A DNA stretch of 64,000 nt from Patescibacteria group bacterium (GTDB lineage Bacteria > Patescibacteriota > Saccharimonadia > Saccharimonadales > 2-12-FULL-41-12). Made by a program: the position numbers and the translations under genes. The notes below the pieces were generated by a model. That model was given only the letters and a program-made list of their open reading frames with translations. It ran no database searches and was not told the origin of the DNA. The stretch covers positions 699,004 to 763,003 of the forward strand of contig JBBTSC010000001.1 in assembly GCA_038064875.1 (NCBI GenBank). Reading direction: 5' to 3'. This document shows positions 18,037 through 27,383 of the stretch, in pieces (position 1 is the stretch's first letter; every line of letters begins with the position of its first letter).

Positions 18037-18486
18037 ATGGCCAGAAGTTTTAATCAAGTAACACTTATGGGAAACTTAACTCGTGACCCAGAACTTCGAC
18101 AAATACCAAGCGGACAAAGTGTTTGTAGCTTTAGCCTCGCACTTAATCGTAGTTACAAAGGCTCAGACGGTGAGTGGCAAGAAGCTACTGACTACGTTGA
18201 TGTAGTCGCCTGGGGGCCATTAGGCGAGCGAGTTGCACAGTATGTGACAAAAGGACGACCAGTACTTGTTAGCGGACGTCTGCAAAGCCGATCTTGGGAA
18301 CAAGACGGTCAGAAGAGAAATAAACTTGAAGTAATAGCCCAAGACGTAACTTTCTTAGGTAGCAGAGAGGGTGGAGCACCAGTTAGTACTGGACCAGCTA
18401 GCCCAAAGACCGAATCAAAACCATCAAAAAAAGAAGATTCAAACATTGATGACGAACCAATTAACTTAGACGACATACCATTTTAA
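18037..18486 (+). CDS. ssb: Single-stranded DNA-binding protein
   Basis: OB fold (NQVTLMGNLTRDPELR), C-terminal acidic tip LDDIPF. Confidence 0.95.
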   Translation: MARSFNQVTLMGNLTRDPELRQIPSGQSVCSFSLALNRSYKGSDGEWQEATDYVDVVAWGPLGERVAQYVTKGRPVLVSGRLQSRSWEQDGQKRNKLEVIAQDVTFLGSREGGAPVSTGPASPKTESKPSKKEDSNIDDEPINLDDIPF

Positions 18487-18496
18487 GGAGTAAATA

Positions 18497-18697
18497 ATGG
18501 CAAAGATATTTAAACATAGAGAAGAAGTACCGTATTTTGACTACAAGGATTTCAAAAACTTGCAACGATACGTTAACCAGTACGGACAGATAGAACCACG
18601 CAAGCGAACAGGACTTCGTGAATCAGAACAAAAACGATTGTCACAGGCTATCAAAAGAGCTCGACATCTAGCGCTATTACCTTTCGTAAATAAATAG
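18497..18697 (+). CDS. rpsR: 30S ribosomal protein S18
   Basis: 66 aa with [28 protein letters not shown]...[13 protein letters not shown]. Confidence 0.9.
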   Translation: MAKIFKHREEVPYFDYKDFKNLQRYVNQYGQIEPRKRTGLRESEQKRLSQAIKRARHLALLPFVNK

Positions 18698-18706
18698 AGG
18701 TAGCAC

Positions 18707-18985
18707 ATGAGTGATTTATACAAAGAAGTTATTAGTTTGAGACATAGGCTCAATAATGTTATTGATGACCCAAGTCACTCATCTGCACAATCTCTTAAAA
18801 AATTAGTCCAGAGACTAGAAGACGAGATGCAGGTCAACAAAAATCCAAAGAGTCTGGAGTCTACTGTCAAAGATATTATTAACTCTTTAAAACAAGCAGA
18901 GCATGCAGGCGTAATTAGCCACTCAGATGTTAACTATTTGCATAAAACCTTTGAGGAAATGCAACAAGAATTGAGACGGATGTAG
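18707..18985 (+). CDS. Hypothetical helical protein (92 aa) at the position usually held by rplI
   Basis: Starts 10 nt after rpsR. Charged helical composition with no similarity to L9. Confidence 0.5.
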   Translation: MSDLYKEVISLRHRLNNVIDDPSHSSAQSLKKLVQRLEDEMQVNKNPKSLESTVKDIINSLKQAEHAGVISHSDVNYLHKTFEEMQQELRRM

Positions 18986-18992
18986 GCAGAAC

Positions 18993-19559
18993 ATGGCTTT
19001 TGGCATAACAGATCTTAAAAAAGGCACTATCTTTGAACTAAATGACATTCCGTATAAAGTAGTTGAATATTCTCAGAAAGTCATGGGCCGTGGTGGCTCA
19101 ATTGTTAACGTAAAAATAAAAAGTTTAATAGACGGTAAAGTGCTTGAAAAGACCTTCAAAGGAAATGAATCAATCAGCCCTGCGCATGTCGATAATAGCA
19201 ACGCGCAATTTACATATCAGGATGGATCAACCTACAACTTTATGGATCAAGAAAGTTTTGAAAATTATGAAGTAGATAGCGCTACGATAGATGATATTAT
19301 TGGTTATTTCAAAGAGGGCGACGCCGTCACCGTCCAAAAATATAACGGCAAAGTTATAAGTGTTAGTCTCCCAAAAAATGTCTATCTTAAAGTCACCTAC
19401 GCTGAGGATGCAGTCAAAGGTGACACCAGTAGTGCCTTAACAAAAAATGCTGAGCTCGAAACCGGTATAAAAGTGAGAGTTCCAGCTTTCATAAAAACTG
19501 GCGATGAGATTAGCATTGACGTAGCAACAGGTGCTTATCGTGAACGCAAAAAAAATTAG
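18993..19559 (+). CDS. efp: Elongation factor P
   Basis: 188 aa with DLKKGTIFELNDIPYKVVEYSQKVMGRGGSIVNVKIK. Three-domain length. Confidence 0.95.
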   Translation: MAFGITDLKKGTIFELNDIPYKVVEYSQKVMGRGGSIVNVKIKSLIDGKVLEKTFKGNESISPAHVDNSNAQFTYQDGSTYNFMDQESFENYEVDSATIDDIIGYFKEGDAVTVQKYNGKVISVSLPKNVYLKVTYAEDAVKGDTSSALTKNAELETGIKVRVPAFIKTGDEISIDVATGAYRERKKN

Positions 19560-20265
19560 GCTAGATCAAGCCCTAAGTTTGCGACGCAAACTCAGCAGAT
19601 CTCAAGCAGAGAACTTCATAAAGCTTGGGCTTGTAAAAGTAAATAATCAGATCGTTACTAAACCAAGTAGCCTGACTAATTCAAATGATAAGATCGATAT
19701 TTTAGAGCAAGAGACATATGTATCTAGGGCTGGGCTAAAGCTCGCGTCGGTAGCTGATATATTTGAGCTTGATTTCAATTCATCGATAGTTCTAGACGTA
19801 GGAAGTAGTACGGGTGGCTTTACGGACTATGCTCTAAAGCATGGCGCAAAAAAGGTGATTGCAATTGATGTAGGCACTGAGCAATTGCACCCAAAGCTTC
19901 GAGGCAATCCTAAAATTGATCTTAGAGAAAAAACTGACATACGTAGCGTATCCAAATTAGATGACCGAGTAAACTTTGTGCTCATAGACGTTTCTTTTAT
20001 TAGTATTCGCGAGATTCTAGATCATTTACCGAAGTTAATTGATAAAAAAACTTTAGTAGTTGCAATGGTAAAACCCCAATTTGAAGCCGGGCAATCAGCA
20101 TTAAAGCACAAGGGTGTCATAAAAAATAGTTCAATTCGACGAGATATTTTACAAGACTTTGAACGTTGGGTTAAATCTAGGTATAAAATTTTGTCCAAGC
20201 AAGATTCTGGCGTTGCAGGGCAAAAAGGAAACCTAGAAAAATTCTATTTACTCAAATTAATTTAA
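19531..20265 (+). CDS. tlyA: TlyA-family rRNA 2'-O-methyltransferase (S4 plus FtsJ domains)
   Basis: RLDQAL...SRSQAENFIKLGLVKVN (S4 domain). VLDVGSSTGGFTDYAL is the SAM motif. The start may be the GTG at 19540. Confidence 0.8.
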   Translation: MLIVNAKKIRLDQALSLRRKLSRSQAENFIKLGLVKVNNQIVTKPSSLTNSNDKIDILEQETYVSRAGLKLASVADIFELDFNSSIVLDVGSSTGGFTDYALKHGAKKVIAIDVGTEQLHPKLRGNPKIDLREKTDIRSVSKLDDRVNFVLIDVSFISIREILDHLPKLIDKKTLVVAMVKPQFEAGQSALKHKGVIKNSSIRRDILQDFERWVKSRYKILSKQDSGVAGQKGNLEKFYLLKLI

Positions 20266-20304
20266 AAGTAAATTAGCAACAAGCTTATGCTAAACTAGTT
20301 GACG

Positions 20305-20961
20305 ATGAGATATTTTAAAAATAGAACTGAAGCTGGCAAACAACTTGCCGAGATACTCAGTGATTTTATTTCAGACAATAGTGTAGTTATTGCACTGAAT
20401 GAGAAATCAGTTTTGGTTGGCGAACCGATAGCGAAGAAAATTAACAGTACTTTGTTCATGCTGGTAACAGATGATATCTACATACCAGGAGAGACAGAAC
20501 CTATAGCAACACTCTCTTCTGCCGACACATATACGTACAATACGTCCTATTCAGCGGGCCAAATTGAAGATTTCAAGTCTGAGTACAATGCCTATATTAA
20601 TCAAAAACGTGAAGAATCATTCCACAAGATTAATAGAATTGTTGGAAAGGACGGGGATCTAGACAAGCGTTTGCTAAAAAGGCACACAGTTATAATTGTC
20701 TCAGATGGACTAAAAAATGGCAGGTCAATGGATGTGGTTAGAGATTTCTTCAAACCAGTTCTCCTCAAGAAATTAATAGTCGTTGCTCCAGTTGCAACTG
20801 TTCAGGCTATAGACAAAATGCATACAACTGCAGATGAGATACACTGTCTCGGTGCTGTTAATAACTACATTAGTACAGACCATTATTATGAAGAAAATGA
20901 AGTGCCAAGTCATGAAGAAATAGTGGCGATCATGAAAAACATTGTTTTTAAGTGGAAATAA
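20305..20961 (+). CDS. Phosphoribosyltransferase-fold protein
   Basis: MRYFKNRTEAGKQLAEIL N-terminus and the VIIVSDGLKNGRSM PRPP-loop-like segment, as in the putative-PRTase family. Confidence 0.55.
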   Translation: MRYFKNRTEAGKQLAEILSDFISDNSVVIALNEKSVLVGEPIAKKINSTLFMLVTDDIYIPGETEPIATLSSADTYTYNTSYSAGQIEDFKSEYNAYINQKREESFHKINRIVGKDGDLDKRLLKRHTVIIVSDGLKNGRSMDVVRDFFKPVLLKKLIVVAPVATVQAIDKMHTTADEIHCLGAVNNYISTDHYYEENEVPSHEEIVAIMKNIVFKWK

Positions 20962-21074
20962 TCTTAAAAAAAGGCTTGATTGTGGATAAACGCTTATGTT
21001 AGCCTAAGTACATAGACGATTAAAACAAAAACCGTCTCGGCAAAAAATATATACAAAAACAAAACCAAACCAAA

Positions 21075-22022
21075 ATGAAAAAAAATAAGACAAAAAATGT
21101 CTATTATGTGCACGGCTTTAAGGCATCAAGCACAAAGCGTAGACTTGGCGCACCTAGTTTATTAACGGGAATAATGATTATTAGCTTCCTAGCGTATGGT
21201 GTATGGGCAAATATTTTACCAAATCCGGCAGTTGCCTTTAGAACTGGTACAGATAAGATAGCAACAAATATTCTTAACCAAAATAATGTTGAGAATCAGA
21301 AATCGAACATAGATGGCACTGCACCAGCTAAAAACCCGCAAAAAATTAAACGTAAAAACAAAGAGTTAAACCGGGAATTGGCTATAAAGACTAGAGAATA
21401 CAGAGACGTAGCGTGGTCTATTTATGTTGAAGATGTTGACTCCGGCCTGACCGCTTCACTAGACGAAGGTGATGATTATCACATGGGTAGTGTGTCTAGA
21501 TTGGTAACCCTTCCTGCTTTGGAGTCAAAAGTTAACCCCGACAGGTGGGGGAATTATCTGTTTGGTAAATCAGTGAAAGATTGTGTGAACAGTGGACTAG
21601 GAGCGGGTAACGACGCTTGTTATGACAAGCTGACAAAATATCTGAGCAAAGATTATATTAACAAAACAACAAAAGCTTACGGCTATGATATAGAAGTCGA
21701 TCAGAACTTTAATGCAAAGACCTCACCAGACAAGCTCGGGACTTACCTGTCAGATCTAAAGAGGGGGCAAAGTCTCTTTGCTAAGACTAGGAGAGCCGTT
21801 TTTGATACGTTGTACTCTCCAAAACAAACAGCGGGGCTTAGCCTTGGATGCGGTGATTGTCGTGTGGCGAACAAGCAATCCTATGATAATAATACTGCGA
21901 TCGACGCCGGAATCGTGACTCATGGCTCAAGAAGTTATGCGGTAGTCATTGTTGCAAAGGGTGGGACATTTGATCAGATCACTGATATAGCTCAGACCAT
22001 AGATCATTATATGCAACCCTGA
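21075..22022 (+). CDS. Membrane-anchored extracytoplasmic protein, class-A beta-lactamase/serine-hydrolase-like with diverged motifs
   Basis: N-terminal TM anchor. WSIYVEDVDSGLTA...MGSVSRLVTLPAL resembles the SxxK region but reads S-V-S-R. No clear KTG motif. Confidence 0.35.
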   Translation: MKKNKTKNVYYVHGFKASSTKRRLGAPSLLTGIMIISFLAYGVWANILPNPAVAFRTGTDKIATNILNQNNVENQKSNIDGTAPAKNPQKIKRKNKELNRELAIKTREYRDVAWSIYVEDVDSGLTASLDEGDDYHMGSVSRLVTLPALESKVNPDRWGNYLFGKSVKDCVNSGLGAGNDACYDKLTKYLSKDYINKTTKAYGYDIEVDQNFNAKTSPDKLGTYLSDLKRGQSLFAKTRRAVFDTLYSPKQTAGLSLGCGDCRVANKQSYDNNTAIDAGIVTHGSRSYAVVIVAKGGTFDQITDIAQTIDHYMQP

Positions 22023-22026
22023 TTTA

Positions 22027-22047
22027 GGAGGGGGGACACCCCCTCCT
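22027..22047 (+). terminator. GC-rich hairpin after 21075-22022 (no U-tract)
   Basis: AGGAGGGGG-aca-CCCCCTCCT, a perfect 9-bp stem. Confidence 0.4.
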
Positions 22048-22158
22048 AACGCTCCGCTGTTCTCCCCCAAGCAGTAAAAATATTCCAGAAGTAAATTCTG
22101 AGAATATTTTTGTTTAATAATTAAAGAAATAATGGCTACTTGTTCAACATTTATTTCT

Positions 22159-22239
22159 TACTATTTGGAAAGGGAGGATCACGAGGATTTATCCGAGTCT
22201 AAGGAGGTGAAAAACCTTTTTGGGTTTTCCCTCCTTAAG
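22159..22239 (-). repeat. Copy 2 of the ~80-nt repeated 3'-flank element
   Basis: Minus-strand reading is CTTAAGGAGGGAAAACCCAAAAAGGTTTTTCACCTCCTTAGACTC...GATCCTCCCTTTCCAAATAGTA. It begins at the stop codon of the ABC-2 permease. Confidence 0.6.
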
Positions 22240-23005
22240 TTCGGAGTTTGTAGCCTTTATTAAAGAGGTAGTAATTTAGAGCAAAAAGTCCAACCACAAA
22301 AGCACTCACTATGCCAATGCAGAGCCAAGGGTCAACATTAGAGCTGCCCAATATGGCATACCGCACAGTGTTGATCATATAATAGATAGGATTTAAATGT
22401 ACTAAAGTCTTGAATGGGTCAGATAGTAATTCAGATGAGTAGAAGACTCCGCCAAGAAATATCATCGGTGTTAGTACGAATGTTTGGTATGTCATGATGT
22501 CATCAAATTTTTCTGCACTAACTCCCGCAAGTACTCCTAAGAACGCAAAGAATAATCCAATAACAAACAGCGAGACAAATAACATCACAGGGTGAGCAAT
22601 GCTAAAATCTGGTATTAAGACGGCCGAAGTGAGCAAAATAATACATGCAATGATACTAGCTCGGACAAATCCGCCGAGAGAATAGCCCAAGAAAAGTTGT
22701 GCATTAGGAATAGGTGATGTCAGCTGATCATCGATGGCTCTCTGGAATTTTTGTTGTAGTATGGACGAGCTATTATTGGAATAAATATTGATTGCAAAAG
22801 ACATCATCAGAAGACCCGGAATAATAAACAGAAGATACGGATAGCCTTCCAGCTCTTTTATCCTTGTTCCCAGAGATGCCCCAAAAACCAAAATATATAG
22901 AGAAGTTTCCAGTAGTGGTCCAACGATGGTCTGACGTTTGATACTCCAAAAACGTGATATTTCACGACGCATGATTGTGATCATGGGCAAATATTTCTCT
23001 ATCAT
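22235..23005 (-). CDS. ABC-2 type transporter permease
   Basis: 256 aa with 6 TM segments in ABC-2 layout. ATGA-type overlap with the upstream ATPase. Confidence 0.85.
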   Translation of the reverse strand: MIEKYLPMITIMRREISRFWSIKRQTIVGPLLETSLYILVFGASLGTRIKELEGYPYLLFIIPGLLMMSFAINIYSNNSSSILQQKFQRAIDDQLTSPIPNAQLFLGYSLGGFVRASIIACIILLTSAVLIPDFSIAHPVMLFVSLFVIGLFFAFLGVLAGVSAEKFDDIMTYQTFVLTPMIFLGGVFYSSELLSDPFKTLVHLNPIYYMINTVRYAILGSSNVDPWLCIGIVSAFVVGLFALNYYLFNKGYKLRT

Positions 23006-23754
23006 TTTTTGCCCTTCTTTTTGCCGTGGATTACGTCAAGATATATATCCTCCAGGCTAGATTTTTTATAATGCTTTTTAATCTGTTCTTTGGTCCCACT
23101 ATAGACGATTTTTCCACCGTTAATCAGCGCTATTTGATCACATAATTCTTCAGCTTCTTCAATATAGTGTGTTGTTAGCAGAATTGTGGTTCCTGATTTA
23201 TTCTCTTTTTTCATATATTGCCAAAGAGCGTGGCGTAGCTCTATATCGACTCCTGCAGTAGGTTCGTCCAGAATCAAAAATTTTGGATTATGCATCAGGG
23301 CACGAGCAATAACCAGACGTCTTTTCATGCCACCTGAGAGATTACGAATGTTGGTTTTTCGTTTGTCTTCCAATTCAAATGCTTTGAGCAATTCGTCGAT
23401 TTTAGCTTTGCGCTCACTACGCTTCATGCTGTGATATCCGCCGTGATAGTCGAGAGTATCCTCAACACTTAAAAACCAATCAAGATTTATTTCCTGAGGA
23501 GAAAGCCCAATATTTGCTCGAACAACCTGGTAGTCTTTCACAATATCATTACCAAAGACAGTTGCATCACCACCAGTTGGCGTTGATAGGCCAGTCAAAC
23601 AGTGAATAAGAGTAGATTTGCCCGCACCATTAGGACCGAGCAAACCAAAAAATGAACCAGCCGGCACTTGCAGGTTCAATTTATTCAAAGCCTTAAAGCC
23701 ATTTGAATAGGTTTTTTCTAGGTTTTTGACGTCCAGCGCCAGATTGTTAGACAT
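23002..23754 (-). CDS. ABC transporter ATP-binding protein
   Basis: Walker A GPNGAGKST, signature LSGGMKRR, Walker B ILDEPT. Start at MSNNLALDV (ATG inside AATGTCTAA, overlapping the ychF stop). Confidence 0.9.
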   Translation of the reverse strand: MSNNLALDVKNLEKTYSNGFKALNKLNLQVPAGSFFGLLGPNGAGKSTLIHCLTGLSTPTGGDATVFGNDIVKDYQVVRANIGLSPQEINLDWFLSVEDTLDYHGGYHSMKRSERKAKIDELLKAFELEDKRKTNIRNLSGGMKRRLVIARALMHNPKFLILDEPTAGVDIELRHALWQYMKKENKSGTTILLTTHYIEEAEELCDQIALINGGKIVYSGTKEQIKKHYKKSSLEDIYLDVIHGKKKGKK

Positions 23755-24844
23755 TAAATTTAAACTCCACGACGTCATCCGGTTTCATGACGTAACTTTT
23801 ACCTTCTGTTCTAATTTTACCATGAGATCTGGCATTTTGTTCAGAGCCAGCCTCAATCAAATCGTTATAATCAACGATTGTGGCAGCGATAAAACCCTTT
23901 TCAAAATCTGTATGGATAGCTCCAGCAGCCTGGGGAGCTGTTGCACCTTTTTTGATAGTCCAGGCCCGAACTTCTTTTGGTCCAGCTGTCAGATAACTTT
24001 GGAGCCCGAGGGTGTCATATGCTGAGTGTATAACTTTGTTAAGTCCTGATTCAGACTGACCATAACTCTCTAGCATTTCTGTCTGATCCTTTGCATCAAG
24101 ACTTCTTAGTTCATCCTCTAATTTTGCACTAACAAAAATCGCATTGGCTGGCTCAACTAGATTCGATAATTCTTTTTTGAGGTTGTCATTTTGTAGGTCA
24201 TTTTCATCGAGATTGAATAAGTAGATGATTGGCTTGGCAGTCAGAAGTTGCAAACTTTGGAGTAATTTCTTTGTTGAATCTTCTTCGCTATCAATTATCT
24301 CTGGATGTTTGTAAAGAGGCGTCTCTGTCTCTAAGATTTCTTTGATTTTTGATAACAGTTCTGCATCCGGTTTAGACTTGGGATTGGCGCGAGCTTCTTT
24401 TTCAATTCGAGGAAGAGCTTTAGTTACTGTGCTCAGATCCGCAAGTACTAATTCTGCTAGGACAATGCCAATATCATATGCAGGATCTTTACTAGAGTCG
24501 CTTCGGATCACATCTGAATCTTCGAATGCTCTGACGACTTGAATAATTGCCTTACACTCTCTGATATGACTAAGAAATTGATTGCCCAATCCTTCACCCT
24601 TGCTCGCACCTTCTACCAGCCCGGCAATATCTACGAATTCAACGCTAGCTGGCAAAATCTTTGTACTACCGTAAATCTTTGCTAATTGTGCTAGACGTGC
24701 GTCAGGAACAGGAACTATACCTGTGTTGGGCTCTATCGTTGCAAAAGGGTAGTTTGCTGCCAGTATAGAACTGTCAGTTAAAGCGTTAAAAAGTGTACTC
24801 TTGCCAACATTTGGCAATCCAACTATCCCGATAGCTAAACTCAT
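23747..24844 (-). CDS. ychF: Ribosome-binding ATPase YchF
   Basis: MSLAIGIVGLPNVGKSTLFNAL G1 motif and C-terminal RAWTIKKGATAPQAAGAIHTDFEKGFI. Start set at 24844. Confidence 0.95.
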   Translation of the reverse strand: MSLAIGIVGLPNVGKSTLFNALTDSSILAANYPFATIEPNTGIVPVPDARLAQLAKIYGSTKILPASVEFVDIAGLVEGASKGEGLGNQFLSHIRECKAIIQVVRAFEDSDVIRSDSSKDPAYDIGIVLAELVLADLSTVTKALPRIEKEARANPKSKPDAELLSKIKEILETETPLYKHPEIIDSEEDSTKKLLQSLQLLTAKPIIYLFNLDENDLQNDNLKKELSNLVEPANAIFVSAKLEDELRSLDAKDQTEMLESYGQSESGLNKVIHSAYDTLGLQSYLTAGPKEVRAWTIKKGATAPQAAGAIHTDFEKGFIAATIVDYNDLIEAGSEQNARSHGKIRTEGKSYVMKPDDVVEFKFNV

Positions 24845-24912
24845 ATCTATGTATAAGTTTAACCCACTTTGGTGAATAATCCGAAAATTATGGTTTGTCA
24901 ATAAAACGTTTA

Positions 24913-24921
24913 TGCTATAAT
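24913..24921 (+). promoter_or_regulatory. Extended -10 (TGCTATAAT) 10 nt upstream of the pilM ATG
   Basis: TGnTATAAT with no SD before ATG 24932. Confidence 0.4.
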
Positions 24922-24931
24922 TTAGATAATT

Positions 24932-25969
24932 ATGAGTATATTGAGTGGGGTATCAGATTTTTTTGGACTGGACATTGGCTCAACAGCTATTAGAGTTGTT
25001 CAGTTGTCTACTGGACCAAAAAAACAATTGTTGCGTTATGGAATGATGCCTATAGAGACAAAGGTAGCTCTCAGCGACAGTAAAGGTGATCAGCAGAAGG
25101 TAGCAGCAAAGATTCAAGAGGTCATGGCAGCTGCCAAGATTACCACGAATAACGTAGCTGTAGGACTTCCTTCATCGCGTGTTTTTACTATGGTGACTGA
25201 CATTGATAGATTGCCAGCACACGAACTTTCTAAATCCATAAAATACCAAGCTGATTCACTTATCCCAACACCCATAGAAGATTCTAAAATTGACTGGGCA
25301 GTTATCGGAGATTCACCAGAGAGTAGTACTAAGATGGAACTATTGCTATCAAGTGTAACCAATGATTATGTTGAGTCTAGACTTGATCTACTCGAGTCAA
25401 TTGGCCTTAATGTTATCGCTTTTGAGCCGGACAACCTGGTCTTAACCCGGTCAATGCTTCCACCTGATACAACCACACCTCATATGGTTATAGACATCGG
25501 TAGTTTAAGCACAGATATTGTGATTACTATCAATAATGTCCCTAGGCTTATTAGGGCGGTCCCAACAGGTTCAGAAGCAATTATTAAATCTGCTATGTCG
25601 AATCTGAGTATTGATGAAAAACAAGCCAGCGAATTCGTCTTTAAATTCGGGCTTAGCCAACAAAAACTAGAGGGACAAGTATATAACGCGATTATTGGTA
25701 CCATAGATTTGCTAGTATCAGATATAGAGAAATCGATAAAATTCTTCCAGACCAGGTATAAAGATCAAAAGCTAGAACGCATCGTTATGACGGGTGCAGC
25801 ATCATCATTGCCGGAATTTCCACTGCACATAGCCAATAAACTAGGCGTAAATGTAGAGATAGGTAACTCATGGCGCAATGTTATCTATGATCCAACTCGC
25901 CAAAATGAGCTCATGAGTTTATCCAATCACTTTGGTGTGGCTGTTGGCCTTGCAGAAAGGAATGTGTAG
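24932..25969 (+). CDS. pilM: Type IV pilus assembly protein PilM (actin-like ATPase fold)
   Basis: FFGLDIGSTAIRVVQL N-terminus, ~345 aa, followed by PilN/O-like genes. Confidence 0.85.
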   Translation: MSILSGVSDFFGLDIGSTAIRVVQLSTGPKKQLLRYGMMPIETKVALSDSKGDQQKVAAKIQEVMAAAKITTNNVAVGLPSSRVFTMVTDIDRLPAHELSKSIKYQADSLIPTPIEDSKIDWAVIGDSPESSTKMELLLSSVTNDYVESRLDLLESIGLNVIAFEPDNLVLTRSMLPPDTTTPHMVIDIGSLSTDIVITINNVPRLIRAVPTGSEAIIKSAMSNLSIDEKQASEFVFKFGLSQQKLEGQVYNAIIGTIDLLVSDIEKSIKFFQTRYKDQKLERIVMTGAASSLPEFPLHIANKLGVNVEIGNSWRNVIYDPTRQNELMSLSNHFGVAVGLAERNV

Positions 25970-25972
25970 GCT

Positions 25973-26704
25973 ATGATCCAATTCAATCTACTGCCGGATG
26001 TAAAGCTTGAATTTATCAAAGCACAGGCCAGAAAAAGACTCATTATATTGTCATCAATTATTGTATCTGTGACCTTCATGGCTATATTTGTATTGCTAAT
26101 ACTCAATGTTAAAGTTGCTCAACACAAACGGATGAGTGACCTCACAAAAGACATAAAATCTAGTGTGGCAAAGATTCGAGAGACCAAGGACATAGATAAA
26201 ATTCTAACGGTTCAAAATCAGCTTTCTAGTCTGCCAGGCTTACATGATCAAAAAATTATAAGTTCTAGGTTATCAGACTATCTGTTGCAACTCACACCAT
26301 CAAGCGCCAAAATAACAAACGCAGAAGTTGATTTTACCGCCAACACTATTGTAATAAAGGGAACTACACCTGACCTTGCTACTGTCAATAAATTTACAGA
26401 CACACTTAAATTCACAAGCTACAAAGTCAACAATCAAGACGGGCAAGAAGGTAAAGCTTTCAATGGGGTTGTGCTGTCTAACTTTTCAATTCAAGATAAA
26501 GTGACAAATCCTCAAGAGAAAGCTACATTTGAAATCACTGCGAATTTTGACGCCATTCTGTTCAAGATGATTAAACAGCAAGGCGTACTTGAAGAAAAAG
26601 CAGTGACCCTAACAATACCTAACATAATATCAACTCGCTCAGAGACAGAAAAACCAACAGATTTGTTTACTCCAACACCAAGTACACCACAGGGAGGTCA
26701 ATAA
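25973..26704 (+). CDS. pilN: PilN-like pilus assembly protein
   Basis: MIQFNLLP motif, a single TM, then a periplasmic-type domain. Confidence 0.7.
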   Translation: MIQFNLLPDVKLEFIKAQARKRLIILSSIIVSVTFMAIFVLLILNVKVAQHKRMSDLTKDIKSSVAKIRETKDIDKILTVQNQLSSLPGLHDQKIISSRLSDYLLQLTPSSAKITNAEVDFTANTIVIKGTTPDLATVNKFTDTLKFTSYKVNNQDGQEGKAFNGVVLSNFSIQDKVTNPQEKATFEITANFDAILFKMIKQQGVLEEKAVTLTIPNIISTRSETEKPTDLFTPTPSTPQGGQ

Positions 26705-26705
26705 T

Positions 26706-27383
26706 ATGGCTGTTAAGATATCTGCCAAGCGCTTAGCTATAGACAAGGCTAACTCCACGGTTCTCATTGCTATTGGGATAGCATGCTTTATCGTTGTGCT
26801 GTGCACAGTTGCCGGTAAGTCATTGATTAGTCAAATGAGTTATCAGTCTAAAGTCATTGGACAAAAAGAAAAGACACTAAAACAGCTCAAGTCTAACGAA
26901 AAAGCTGTTGACCAGCTTAAAGTGTCCTATCAGGAATTTGCTTCTGCCAGAGAGAATGTCTTAGGTGGCAATGCTTCAGGTACAGCAGATAGAGACGGCG
27001 AGAACTCCCGCATAGTTTTGGACGCTCTTCCTAGCAAGTATGATTTCCCAGCCCTTACAACGAGCCTCGAGAAATTACTAACAGGAAATGGATATTCTAT
27101 AGAGAGTATCTCTGGAACAGATGATGAAGTTGCTCAAGCCTCTGCAGAAAGTAGTGGAGTCAATTCACAGCCAGTTGAAATGCCTTTTTCTGCTACCGTC
27201 AAAGCATCAAATAGTAATACAAAACAATTACTAGGGTTATTCGAGAGATCAATTCGTCCTATGCAGATATCAAAGATAATTCTCAAGGGCGAGACTGACG
27301 GCATAAAGGTAACTATTGATGGTAAGACTTACTTCCAGCCACAGAAAAAATTTGATGTAAAAACAGAAAAGGTTAAGCCATGA
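26706..27383 (+). CDS. PilO-like pilus assembly protein
   Basis: N-terminal TM followed by a coiled coil. Position directly after pilN. Confidence 0.5.
   Translation: MAVKISAKRLAIDKANSTVLIAIGIACFIVVLCTVAGKSLISQMSYQSKVIGQKEKTLKQLKSNEKAVDQLKVSYQEFASARENVLGGNASGTADRDGENSRIVLDALPSKYDFPALTTSLEKLLTGNGYSIESISGTDDEVAQASAESSGVNSQPVEMPFSATVKASNSNTKQLLGLFERSIRPMQISKIILKGETDGIKVTIDGKTYFQPQKKFDVKTEKVKP

Noticed and set aside
20981-20989. A perfect DnaA box (TGTGGATAA) in the spacer before 21075.
   Set aside because: It is a single isolated box with no cluster, no AT-rich unwinding element and no dnaA/dnaN nearby. This is not evidence for an origin.
23726-24025. A 99-aa plus-strand ORF across the ABC ATPase/ychF junction.
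   Set aside because: It is antisense to two well-supported genes and Cys/Ser/Phe-rich. It is a shadow ORF.
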